From a virus (lineage: Duplodnaviria; Caudoviricetes): a DNA stretch of 64,000 bases. The notes beneath the pieces were generated by a model that saw only the letters and a program-made list of their open reading frames with translations, searched no databases and was not told the DNA's origin. The position numbers and the translations under genes were made by a program. Position 1 is the first letter of the stretch. Each line of letters starts with the position of its first letter. Below are positions 45,329 to 55,666 of the stretch, piece after piece. The DNA is taken from the IMG/VR virus record IMGVR_UViG_3300017774_006743, positions 1-64,000 of that record. One strand, 5' to 3'.

Positions 45329-47133
45329 GTAACTTTACAGACTATACCCTTCCAAAAAATGCATATGCAACGTTTGATGCGTTAAGCATAAAGCAATTAT
45401 TTGTAGATAAGCTTAAATCCTCTGGGGTTTTTGGTGACCAATCATTTGAAGGTAACAACTTTAATAGTGTTATTGATGTTGTTGCGTCGATGTATCATAT
45501 ATTACTGTTTTATCTCAACCAAACGTCATCAGAAACGATGTTCTCACAAACAACGCTGTGGGAGAACATGAATAAGCTTGTGAGTGGGTTAGGATACAAA
45601 CCAACCGGTCGCCAAACATCGATTGTTGACTTTATTCTAACAGCAAACAATAATATTGATGTGGGTTTCTACACAATAAAGCCATTTTCCTTTACAAACG
45701 TTGATGGAATTCAATTTACATTACTTGATAACATTACTTTTGAAAAGACCACAGCAAATAGTGAAGAAGTTTCAATATCAAAACCATTTCTTCATCAAGG
45801 GACACTATTTGAATACCCAACATACGTTTCTGTTGGTTCTGATTATGAAGTTGTTATAATTGCATATGATAATTTTGTTGATCAACAAACAGATAAGTTC
45901 ATCTCCGATAATACTATCCGTGTTTATGTAAAAGATAGTTCTGATACCTGGTCTGAATGGGAAGAAACCCGATCGCTCTTCTTTCACTCACCAAATGAGC
46001 AGGTATATGAGAAAAGACTTAATGAAAATGGACGATTTGAAATAAAATTCGGGAATAACATTAATGGGAAGAAGCTCGACAGTGGGGATGAAGTTGCTAT
46101 ATACTTCCTTGTTAGTATTGGGGAGCGAGGAGAGATCAGTGCCAATAAATTATCAGATGGGAAGGTATATCCATATAATTCATCAAGAATACAGCAAATA
46201 CTTGCAGATGTATTGGTTGATGTTGACTTACTCCCAAATAGTCAATATACAAACCTAACACTCAATAACCCAAATCAATCAACACCTGTAACACAGGAAG
46301 AAACAGTTGATGAGATGAGAAAGAATGTACCGCTTCTGTTTTCACAGCAGAACAGACTTGTTACAACTGAAGATTTCCGATCATTTATTGAAAAGAATTA
46401 CTCAAACATTATTGGATCAATTAGTGTGGTTAATAACAACACCCTAATAAATGATTACATATCATACTTCTATGATATTGGACTTGATAAACCAAATGAT
46501 GACTGTCGGGTTCTTATCAACCAACTTAACTTTCAGACATCAACTAATTTCAATAATGTTTATGGTGTAATGGTTCCAAGTATTGGAGCAACCCGAAGTG
46601 ATAACTTTCAGTTATTTGTGTCTCTTCCACAAAAGCAGCTAATCATTGATGAAGTTGAGAAGCTTAAAGTATGTACACAAAATTTTGTACCTCTTGACCC
46701 AGTATATTACGGCTTTTCTCCAGGGTTAGCATTTAATGGGGAACAATTGAGTAATAGTATTTGCGGTGAAACATATATCGTCATTAAACACAAAAAAGAT
46801 ACACAGCAATCAAAAGAGAAGATAAAGGCTGATGTTTATCAAACTATTTCAACCTACTTCAATACAAAAAATTGTGAGCTTGGTCAAGTTGTAAGTCTTC
46901 AACAAATATCTGATAGTTTACTTGCAATCCCTGGCGTAGCAAACATCGAAACGCGCCGGGTAAGTGGTGATAATATCCGTACTATTCCGGGGGTTAACTT
47001 CCTATACTGGAACCAAACCTACCCAGTTGATGATATTAATTCAACACAACAAAATATTAAGCTGAGATTTTTCCAATACCCATTCTTAGTTAATAATGGA
47101 TTTGTAAATAGAATTATTGTTGAGGATGAATAA
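45325..47133 (+). CDS. gp6: Baseplate wedge protein gp6
   Basis: FEGNNFNSVIDV, VSGLGYKP, FEIKFGNNINGKK, QNRLVTTEDF; follows gp25. Confidence 0.85.
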   Translation: MSNFTDYTLPKNAYATFDALSIKQLFVDKLKSSGVFGDQSFEGNNFNSVIDVVASMYHILLFYLNQTSSETMFSQTTLWENMNKLVSGLGYKPTGRQTSIVDFILTANNNIDVGFYTIKPFSFTNVDGIQFTLLDNITFEKTTANSEEVSISKPFLHQGTLFEYPTYVSVGSDYEVVIIAYDNFVDQQTDKFISDNTIRVYVKDSSDTWSEWEETRSLFFHSPNEQVYEKRLNENGRFEIKFGNNINGKKLDSGDEVAIYFLVSIGERGEISANKLSDGKVYPYNSSRIQQILADVLVDVDLLPNSQYTNLTLNNPNQSTPVTQEETVDEMRKNVPLLFSQQNRLVTTEDFRSFIEKNYSNIIGSISVVNNNTLINDYISYFYDIGLDKPNDDCRVLINQLNFQTSTNFNNVYGVMVPSIGATRSDNFQLFVSLPQKQLIIDEVEKLKVCTQNFVPLDPVYYGFSPGLAFNGEQLSNSICGETYIVIKHKKDTQQSKEKIKADVYQTISTYFNTKNCELGQVVSLQQISDSLLAIPGVANIETRRVSGDNIRTIPGVNFLYWNQTYPVDDINSTQQNIKLRFFQYPFLVNNGFVNRIIVEDE

Positions 47134-49123
47134 TATTAACACAGAATATGTACATTTTGAAGTTTATAATTTTACTGGAGCACAAGCTTTAAGCAGTTAT
47201 ACACTAAGAGATACTCCCCTGACGTTCATTGCTAATATTTCTGCTCTCCCAGCACAGTATGCAAATGATCAGATATTATGGTCATTTGGAGATAGTACAT
47301 TTGATACATCACTCACAGGAGTCCATGTGTATGACCAACCTGGTGTATACACAGCAACATGTTGGGTCTATGACCTATCTGGGAATAGCTACCAATCATC
47401 GTTCTCCACAGATGTCACTATTCAAGACTTCGTTGAAGATCGAGTATACTTTTCAGTTAGCTCAAATATAACACTCACAAGTGGCCAAATTAACCAACCC
47501 ATATCAATTATTCGGTCTAATTCTGGAAGAGATTCAATAAACTCAACAATAAGTCTTGGTTCATCGGGCGGCTCATTATCATTCTTTGAACTTGGATTAG
47601 ATACCAACAAATATGGTCACCTTTTACCATACTCAACATTTTACAAGCTTGTATCAAGTGAAACAAGCACTGAGTTCGTTGAGATTGACAGTATTGATAC
47701 AAGGAACAACACAACACTGTTTTGTATAGTATCAAATAACACCATATCATTCTGTAATTCATCAGTAATTGGATCAATTTTTTGTGGAACCTCTGGATAT
47801 GATTATGTTTACTTTAAAGATGATACCCCAACCCCCACTGTAAATTTATATTGTTGGTTTGATGGAAGAAATTCCAATATTAACACATCTGTTTGTGGTA
47901 TATCGGGGAGTGTTGTTCAAAATAATGACCATGATAGTCTTTCCATAACATCAACAGGGATTGATGGTGAAGGATCAAGATCTTACATCTATAATATTGA
48001 TAAGACCGCTTTTGTTAATGAAAAGATATACTTCGTTGTGAAGATAAAAGATTCATCATGGTATAGTGTTAAATACCCCTCGATATTCACATTATCATCA
48101 GCCTTTTCTTGTGTGTTGATTGATAATAGTGGTAATATTCTTCCTTCTAAATTAGAAAATAACTTTACGATATACAACACAGTATCAACAGGTGGTTATT
48201 TTAAGGGGACCATTGTTCCACTAGTGGAATCGGCAAGCACCCGTATATCTGCCTTTGGTGTGGGACTCGAAGGGCAATCATCTACATTTACTGTTAGTCC
48301 CTCAACTGGGCATTACAACATATCGAAGAAAAATGAAAATTTCGACTGGACTCAAACAATGAAAGACATATGTTTCCAGGAAGTTTTAATTGATTCAAAT
48401 GTACTATTTGATGATTTTATCGGTTCTATATTTGGTGGTCTTTCTGGATCACCAAGTGGTCCTGGAAAATTACCATATGAAAAGATTGCGAATTTTGTTG
48501 ATAACAACCAAACAATTGATTACTGTAATATAGACAAATTCTATTCAATATGTAGTGCTCTTGGGTACGATATTAAAGACACCCGGGCAAATGTAAATTA
48601 CCCACCACAAATTAAGCGCCTTGTTGATCTATTCTCTATAAAGTTTGAAAAACTGGTTGGCACCACTAATAAGTTTGATGAAAATTTCAATAGGCTTGGA
48701 GATTACGATATTGATGTATATGGCACCAATATTGGGATTGAATTAGACCTCATGACCCACATATTAACAGGTGGTGATAACTTTATTGTTGCACAAGAAA
48801 AGTTCTCTGGGGAATTTACAAAATGTAACACGTATCTCCTATCATCTGGGGCGTCATATCCCCTATCATCTTACTCTCCAGATTGGGGGTGGAATTTAGT
48901 TCTTGGTACTCAAGTATCAGGAGCTGATATTGGGAGATATTACACGTTTTACTCTTTTGTATCTAGTAACGAAACTACCCCTGTAAATAGCATTTTTGAT
49001 TACACCAACCCACTCCACCACACATCAATCAGCTACACAAATTGGGAAGAATCAGGTGGTATAATTGATGATATGCTCATTTATCAATTCTTATCAAACA
49101 CCAACATAATTTCTTCCTACTAA
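47126..49123 (+). CDS. Baseplate protein with PKD domain
   Basis: WSFGD..HVYDQPGVYT PKD signature; follows gp6. Confidence 0.6.
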   Translation: MNNINTEYVHFEVYNFTGAQALSSYTLRDTPLTFIANISALPAQYANDQILWSFGDSTFDTSLTGVHVYDQPGVYTATCWVYDLSGNSYQSSFSTDVTIQDFVEDRVYFSVSSNITLTSGQINQPISIIRSNSGRDSINSTISLGSSGGSLSFFELGLDTNKYGHLLPYSTFYKLVSSETSTEFVEIDSIDTRNNTTLFCIVSNNTISFCNSSVIGSIFCGTSGYDYVYFKDDTPTPTVNLYCWFDGRNSNINTSVCGISGSVVQNNDHDSLSITSTGIDGEGSRSYIYNIDKTAFVNEKIYFVVKIKDSSWYSVKYPSIFTLSSAFSCVLIDNSGNILPSKLENNFTIYNTVSTGGYFKGTIVPLVESASTRISAFGVGLEGQSSTFTVSPSTGHYNISKKNENFDWTQTMKDICFQEVLIDSNVLFDDFIGSIFGGLSGSPSGPGKLPYEKIANFVDNNQTIDYCNIDKFYSICSALGYDIKDTRANVNYPPQIKRLVDLFSIKFEKLVGTTNKFDENFNRLGDYDIDVYGTNIGIELDLMTHILTGGDNFIVAQEKFSGEFTKCNTYLLSSGASYPLSSYSPDWGWNLVLGTQVSGADIGRYYTFYSFVSSNETTPVNSIFDYTNPLHHTSISYTNWEESGGIIDDMLIYQFLSNTNIISSY

Positions 49124-49133
49124 ATAGCAATAG

Positions 49134-51959
49134 ATGTACGATATTGTTACCTATGGTTATGGAAGTGTAGAGAATTCTATCACTAATAATAATACTGTTC
49201 CTGGTAACCAATTAGATCTTTCCCAGCCATTTACTTACTATGACTTTCTAAAGAATACCCGGGGATTTAATACAGCTGTTGATTATAATGATGGTTATCT
49301 AAACTACCTCAATAATTGGTACACAAGCCAGGGAGAAACACCAACAGCTGTACAACAGCTTATTGCAAACCAATACATTAACCTCATTAGGGATATTAAT
49401 CTCAACTATACAACTAATGAGGAGAAGAGGTTCCTTCAAAATATAGACTTTAATTCGAAAGAAGATCTCCAAATTGTTATTCCATTCTATTCTCGGAAGC
49501 TTAAAGATATTATTCTCCATATTAGAGATAAACGGGAAGAGGTCAAATATGTCATTGATGTAAATTCTATTAAGGGGTCAAATAAATCCCTGGAGAAAGC
49601 CATATTTGAAACAATAACACAAACAATACTAGGGGATTCAACATATAACGTCTCTCTTTCAGCAGTCACCAATGATATGGAGATTGAAATTGAAGAGTTT
49701 ATTGATACATACTCAAAATATTTCAATGTACCACCCACAGCTGATAATGAACCTGAATCTCGGGAAAGATTTTATTCAGCAAATTCAAATGTTATTGATG
49801 GGGACCTATTCATCAATTTTGATCAAAAGCTAAAAGACAGTATCTTTAAGAATACATTTCTCACCGAACTTGGGACGAACTTCTCTGTTAATGTTGATAT
49901 AACATCCCTTATATCATGTAATCCGAATGATGAATTCCGTAGTCAGATTACAAGTCAGTGTGCTGGTGGAATAACCATTGAGGACCGCTTAAATCTTCAG
50001 AAACAATTAATACAAAAGTATATTGGGGTTGATTATTACTACCTCTCATCAAATTCACTTGGTCAAACAGTGTCTGGGATGTTGTTTAGAGCAGATAACC
50101 CATCAGGACACCTGCTAAACACCAGAAATTCATCAACACAATCAATTCCATCAGATCAATTAACATCATTGAGACAATTTGGGATGTATTTCACTCCAGA
50201 TAAGACTGGTATACTTCGGTTTAACACAAAGACAAAGAAGCATTCATTTGATCTCTCTGTAGTTGAATCAAATACAACCTATATATTCCCAGATCCGGAG
50301 GTTTGTGGTAATGTTTACTACAATGGTGAAACACCGGTTGTTTATACCATAACATATGAAGATGATATAGCTAATATATCAAAAACATTCACTGCTGGGG
50401 ATCCGCGTGTTGATAGACAAGACCAATCCTACTTTGGGTACTATTCAAAACAACAAGATATTCAGATCAACCCAGTTGATCGGTTTAATGTTGATCTTGT
50501 TAGCTTGTATAATGAAGGGTATATTCAAGAATGGCGTCAAGATATTTTTGGTAATCAGTATGGGCTGTTTAAATCTAAGTTCCAAGACTATTTTAGAACT
50601 TTTGAAGATAGTAATGATGTATATATTAAGGACCTGTTACTAAATGGTGGTGATTTCTTTGATAATATAGAGGGATACACAAACAATTCTGATTTTACCC
50701 CCTTTACTGGGGTATTTTCAAGCTATGCTGTTGATTATTACTTAACCCTCCGACAATTTACACCATATGCAGAGTTTGAAGATATTGGTGCTACAACGAC
50801 ATATCAATTCACCTTGAAAGATGGGGGGTTATTTACGTTTTTAGATGGGTCCCCACTTCCAGATGGTATTTCATCTGATTCAATATCATTACCCTCAGTT
50901 ATTGTACCGGGGTATTACTATAGAACCCTCACTGATGGTGGTTTAAACATTTCATACACTCGAGCTTTGACAGGATCTGGAGCGTCGTATGAGGGAACTT
51001 TTATTTCATCCCCAAATCACATCTTGTCTTCTGGAGAGAGCTTTGATGGTGGTAGTTTTGATGTTGATAACTCTATACATGGTGGTTATGAATATGGTGA
51101 AGGGCGATATTTCATTAATGAGTTACTCCCTGGTGCTGAAACAATTATATCAACACTATCATCATATGGAAATAGTGAACATGATATCCAATCAGTTAAA
51201 GACCAGCTTGGTGGTCGACTCGTTGTTGGAGATTACATGACTGGTTATGTATATCCACTGTCATCAACATATGCACTATACAATACATTTAAGAAATACA
51301 ATCAGGATGTTCAGAATAGTGTATTCCATGGTGATATCATAACGTTTAATGTGTTTTATGATTGTATTCAATTACAAACCGGGGATTACTTTGTAGTTGA
51401 TAAGATTGTGTACGACTCTGATGGTTTTGCCACACCACACACCATCAACACCTACCATTCATTATCAGCTGATAATGTTTCAATAACAAACCCTTTTTAT
51501 GTTAATGGGAAGGTATATTATTGTGTACTAACTCTTGAAAGAACAGGAGACACACAATATGTCATTCCAACTTTCTATAGTTACAGTGTATCTAACAATA
51601 CCGAGCATGTTGAATTTCCTAATGCATCGACAACCTTCAATGAGTTAAGTTCAAACTTCACTCTTACACAGGTTAGTTCAGCAGATTGGTTTAGTAAAGT
51701 CATCACACCACGTCTTACCTACAATTCCCGGAACATGGTGTTTGGTCTTTCATTTTTATCTTATAATCAAAACAATTCACCATATGTATTTGATTATAAG
51801 ATCGAGGGAATTAATAAAGAGTTTAAGCTCATCGACCAACGGGTGTATCAACCATCAAATACATCTGGTATATACAGCAACACCCTAAATCTCACTGCCA
51901 TTCCAGCTGAAGTACTTGGGTCTGGACTCACAATTACAGGGGGGTCATTTAAACTATAA
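49134..51959 (+). CDS. Large baseplate/virion structural protein
   Basis: 941 aa; TAAATA-N7-ATG (49121-49126); in the baseplate cluster. Confidence 0.55.
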   Translation: MYDIVTYGYGSVENSITNNNTVPGNQLDLSQPFTYYDFLKNTRGFNTAVDYNDGYLNYLNNWYTSQGETPTAVQQLIANQYINLIRDINLNYTTNEEKRFLQNIDFNSKEDLQIVIPFYSRKLKDIILHIRDKREEVKYVIDVNSIKGSNKSLEKAIFETITQTILGDSTYNVSLSAVTNDMEIEIEEFIDTYSKYFNVPPTADNEPESRERFYSANSNVIDGDLFINFDQKLKDSIFKNTFLTELGTNFSVNVDITSLISCNPNDEFRSQITSQCAGGITIEDRLNLQKQLIQKYIGVDYYYLSSNSLGQTVSGMLFRADNPSGHLLNTRNSSTQSIPSDQLTSLRQFGMYFTPDKTGILRFNTKTKKHSFDLSVVESNTTYIFPDPEVCGNVYYNGETPVVYTITYEDDIANISKTFTAGDPRVDRQDQSYFGYYSKQQDIQINPVDRFNVDLVSLYNEGYIQEWRQDIFGNQYGLFKSKFQDYFRTFEDSNDVYIKDLLLNGGDFFDNIEGYTNNSDFTPFTGVFSSYAVDYYLTLRQFTPYAEFEDIGATTTYQFTLKDGGLFTFLDGSPLPDGISSDSISLPSVIVPGYYYRTLTDGGLNISYTRALTGSGASYEGTFISSPNHILSSGESFDGGSFDVDNSIHGGYEYGEGRYFINELLPGAETIISTLSSYGNSEHDIQSVKDQLGGRLVVGDYMTGYVYPLSSTYALYNTFKKYNQDVQNSVFHGDIITFNVFYDCIQLQTGDYFVVDKIVYDSDGFATPHTINTYHSLSADNVSITNPFYVNGKVYYCVLTLERTGDTQYVIPTFYSYSVSNNTEHVEFPNASTTFNELSSNFTLTQVSSADWFSKVITPRLTYNSRNMVFGLSFLSYNQNNSPYVFDYKIEGINKEFKLIDQRVYQPSNTSGIYSNTLNLTAIPAEVLGSGLTITGGSFKL

Positions 51960-52489
51960 TGCATACAACAACCATTTATCTATCTTCAACAGACACATCT
52001 GGATTAAGCAGTAAAACATATGGATTTTCAGAAGTGACATTGAAAGGTAATACATCTGTTATATTTGACTTCACAAGACTTGACGAGTCAATATATCGAG
52101 TAAATGTCATTAAGTTCCAATATGGTGATGGAAGTGATATTGAAACTTTCATCCGCCCGGTTGTATACAATTACAGAACTCAGTCTATTGCAAATGAAAT
52201 CTTATACAATAAGGTTGGTTCGATCTGTGTTCCTTATAACCACAATTATATTCCTTCCTCAAGTACATATTTTTTAAGGTTGACTTGTCAGGCTGTGTGT
52301 TTCTTCAACAATATGAAGACATCAACATTTAATGTTCCTATTCGTATAGCTCAAAATTCATTCTATGATGAAATTGATGAACTTCGAATTGTTGGTTCAC
52401 AATTGATCCCGGATAGTACCTCTTCAACTATTCTTATTGTTGATCAATTGAAGTCGCAGTTTACAAACACAATGGTTTTGTCTAATTAA
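51959..52489 (+). CDS. Structural protein
   Basis: 176 aa, TAATG coupling, beta-rich. Confidence 0.5.
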   Translation: MHTTTIYLSSTDTSGLSSKTYGFSEVTLKGNTSVIFDFTRLDESIYRVNVIKFQYGDGSDIETFIRPVVYNYRTQSIANEILYNKVGSICVPYNHNYIPSSSTYFLRLTCQAVCFFNNMKTSTFNVPIRIAQNSFYDEIDELRIVGSQLIPDSTSSTILIVDQLKSQFTNTMVLSN

Positions 52490-53910
52490 GACTGACCACG
52501 GAACGGCTTTACACACTTGATAATGTTAAAGTACTTATCTTCTGAAATTCTGTGGATGACCTCAACAACAAGCCATTGCCCAAGCACCTTGTTGTCAATA
52601 TTTTGAAACACTTGCTTGTCCCTTGATAGATTCAACTGATCTTTCTCAATATTAATGAATACCCCAGCTTTACGATATGGGGCACCATTGGTAACAAACT
52701 GGAGTTCCATATTATTAAACAACAAGTCCCCCACCATTATTGCTTCTGCAGTAGCTTGGTGGTCTATATTTTGATAAGGAAAAGATAAGACCTTATAGTT
52801 CTTTGCTTCAAAGCCTGTTTTGGTATCATCAAGGTCTGCATTGAGTTGGGGGTTTATATACCCCTTCGTTGCAAGAGAACTAACGACATTTTGATTGAGC
52901 TTATCGATCACATCTTTGATCTTTAGATATACAATTGCATTAACATTTGAAGTCAACTCATCGGAGACAATGCATATGTCAGTGTGGTGAGTATTTGAAA
53001 CATTGAACACAACATCAGAGAAAGAGTAACCATTAATGACATTCTGTCCATTTCTCTTTGCAGCAGCAACCTTTGGATCAATTGATGCAGCATCATCACT
53101 TTGTGACCCAATGATAAAGGTCTCATTACTAGCTCGGGGAGCGATATTTCCAATCATGGAAGTGAACGGAACAAGAATATATGTATCACTTTGCTTGTCA
53201 TGAATGAGTAAACACTGTGTCCACACCCCATTATCCTTAACAATATACAATTTTAATAGTAGAGTGAGGAGATCATCTAAATTGTAATGAAGAGGTACCT
53301 GATACATAAGGGTTTGTTCCCCATTAATATCATCTGACAATTGGCCATCCTTATAAATCTTGAGTTTTGCTTCAGATCCGCGTGAAACCGATAGTATTTC
53401 CTTAATATACTGCCCCAAATTAACATCCCCCTTGATTTGAAATGGTGAGGGGAGGTCCCCGCCGTTTAATGCGGATGCTTTTGTTTCTCTTAGACTTGCT
53501 TCTGTTGGAGCAATGAAGTCTATAAGATTAACAGCACTATTTGATTTTTCTGAGTTAACAGACGTTGTATTGTTGAAAATACCCCAAAAAGCAATGTCCA
53601 TTGCCTTCACCCCCTGGGGTTGTCGCTGTGATAAGGCTGAATACTCACTTGGTGATAAACGAATGAACATTCCTCCGCGGTTATTTGACTTAAAGTTAAT
53701 TAGATTTTCTAAAACGTTGTATTGGTTTTTGAATATAATAGATCCTTTGACATCAAGATTAAACATGGTATCAACGATTTCAATACCTCCAATATTTTGA
53801 TATGATAGTTGGGTGAGTTCCTTTTTAAGATTTCCGGTGTTATAATCCCCAGTATACACAAACCCCTCAAACACATAATCCTGATTATTGAGTTTAATTA
53901 TATCAGCCAT
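52486..53910 (-). CDS. Baseplate hub protein (gp27/GpD-like)
   Basis: C-terminal NGAPYRKAGVFINI..GQWLVVEVIH hub signature. Confidence 0.65.
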   Translation of the reverse strand: MADIIKLNNQDYVFEGFVYTGDYNTGNLKKELTQLSYQNIGGIEIVDTMFNLDVKGSIIFKNQYNVLENLINFKSNNRGGMFIRLSPSEYSALSQRQPQGVKAMDIAFWGIFNNTTSVNSEKSNSAVNLIDFIAPTEASLRETKASALNGGDLPSPFQIKGDVNLGQYIKEILSVSRGSEAKLKIYKDGQLSDDINGEQTLMYQVPLHYNLDDLLTLLLKLYIVKDNGVWTQCLLIHDKQSDTYILVPFTSMIGNIAPRASNETFIIGSQSDDAASIDPKVAAAKRNGQNVINGYSFSDVVFNVSNTHHTDICIVSDELTSNVNAIVYLKIKDVIDKLNQNVVSSLATKGYINPQLNADLDDTKTGFEAKNYKVLSFPYQNIDHQATAEAIMVGDLLFNNMELQFVTNGAPYRKAGVFINIEKDQLNLSRDKQVFQNIDNKVLGQWLVVEVIHRISEDKYFNIIKCVKPFRGQS

Positions 53911-54304
53911 TTTTTAGAATTGAGTTTATAACTGTGTCTACATATTCCTGCTTCAGTACAATATATGTATCATTTGGATCAACGTAAAATTTATTGACCT
54001 TATCAGGGTTAAAGATCTTGATCAACCACCACAAAACGAACTTGTTATTGATTTCCTTATCTGGGTTATAAACAAGGTTTGCAAATGTAGTAAATGGCAT
54101 TCGAGCAGCTGGTGTATACTCTGTAAAGTACTCTGGGTTCAATTCTGGAAGTTGAATTTTATTTGTAATATTATAGAAGAAGAAGTCCTTACCTTCATTT
54201 GTGGTTGTATAGACTTTAAAGATATGCTCATAAAACCCCGGTACAACAGGGGTTGTTGAGTAGTTTAAGAGCTCGGGAATCTGAAGGCATGTTTTTTGTT
54301 TCAT
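53903..54304 (-). CDS. Baseplate wedge protein, gp53-like
   Basis: FTTFANLVY..LWWLIKIFN LysM-like pattern; adjacent to the hub gene. Confidence 0.6.
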   Translation of the reverse strand: MKQKTCLQIPELLNYSTTPVVPGFYEHIFKVYTTTNEGKDFFFYNITNKIQLPELNPEYFTEYTPAARMPFTTFANLVYNPDKEINNKFVLWWLIKIFNPDKVNKFYVDPNDTYIVLKQEYVDTVINSILKNG

Positions 54305-55662
54305 AATCTACCTCTCAATCTGCTTAATGTCTGTAAACCTCTTGTTGAAATCACAGGATTCACAAGAAGTTGTTCATTAAAGTTATTTGTTGTTCTTACA
54401 AAAGATGTTAAGGGGGATTGGAGGAACGTTGTTTGTCCTGTCCCCTGGATTCCAACACTGGCTCGAATTGATTGAAGTATTTGCTTTGGGTCTCCTCTGA
54501 AGTTGGTAGATTGGAGCTCATTTGACAACATCATATTTGCTGTTGGTTCAAGAAGAGATCTTAAGTTGATAGTCACCTCATATGCATCAGGAACAATACA
54601 GTTTATAACACCGCCACCTGGGGCTGGATTTATTAAATTTACGTTTCTTCTATTACCAACGAAAGTTACATTTATAGTATTCATGTAACAAAATGGTAAT
54701 TCTGTTAATCCTGGTATCCGGGCACTATAGATCTTTGGTGGTACAACCCGTGACACAGAGCGCCGAAACGCCCGGTTCTGATAAAACAACAAAAATATGA
54801 GCTCAAAATTTTTCTGATAGGTGTCTCGATCTCTCGTGTTTATAAGCGGGAAACTAATTTTATACGATTCTTCATCATTACCAAAGCTATAATATTTTGG
54901 TTGTTCAATAAACGCCCCAGGGGAGGTGAGGGTAAAAAGAGATGCAAACTGTTCAATTGCTTCTTTTGCAACTCCAAGCATTGAACCGATACCAAGAGGA
55001 TTCTTTTGTAATAACCCCTCTGGAGAACCACCGAAAGTTGATATTATACCACGCTCTGGGCTTAGATATGGAAACACATACTTAAACCCCGTTTGTGATC
55101 TTTGATATAGTAAGTTATACGGTTGTAGATACTTGTCTGTTAATCTAACATTAGATATACCACCGTCAAGAGCATTTAAAAATGTAGCAGCTGTACTAAT
55201 ACCTGTTCTAAACCCCTGAACTGCCCCATTTGCAAACTCACCAATGGTGGTCCCAGCAAGGCCACCTGTTCGCGGATCAATAATCCCATTGCCTATACCT
55301 ATATCTGTCACAAAGGTATCGACTTTTGATATAATTTCCTTTGCTGACTTTGTAAATGCGTTATCACCGGCTGTATCAATAAGCTCTGATAATCTGTTTA
55401 GACCATCTGATGTGAATCCTTGAGTAACAAAATTCTTATAATACAAAAATGTTGCAACTGCAGCGTTTGTTGTTAAATCAAACTCATGAAGAAGTATATA
55501 GGGTGTTTTATCTACTTGATACTGTGATAAGGGGGTCCCAGTCCAGGGGAAGTCCCGAATAACATCAATAATACCTCCAGCGGAAGCAGGGGTAGCTACG
55601 ACAGGCTTTACATCATCAAATTGATTAGTACCCTGTGTTTGTAATTGAAATATCTGCCCCAT
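54301..55662 (-). CDS. Baseplate-tail tube cap/initiator (gp48-like)
   Basis: ISFPLINT, PPKIY..IPG..PFCYMNTINVTF..VPDAYEVTINL; TAAATA-N5-ATG (55668-55673). Confidence 0.6.
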   Translation of the reverse strand: MGQIFQLQTQGTNQFDDVKPVVATPASAGGIIDVIRDFPWTGTPLSQYQVDKTPYILLHEFDLTTNAAVATFLYYKNFVTQGFTSDGLNRLSELIDTAGDNAFTKSAKEIISKVDTFVTDIGIGNGIIDPRTGGLAGTTIGEFANGAVQGFRTGISTAATFLNALDGGISNVRLTDKYLQPYNLLYQRSQTGFKYVFPYLSPERGIISTFGGSPEGLLQKNPLGIGSMLGVAKEAIEQFASLFTLTSPGAFIEQPKYYSFGNDEESYKISFPLINTRDRDTYQKNFELIFLLFYQNRAFRRSVSRVVPPKIYSARIPGLTELPFCYMNTINVTFVGNRRNVNLINPAPGGGVINCIVPDAYEVTINLRSLLEPTANMMLSNELQSTNFRGDPKQILQSIRASVGIQGTGQTTFLQSPLTSFVRTTNNFNEQLLVNPVISTRGLQTLSRLRGRL

Positions 55663-55666
55663 CTAC

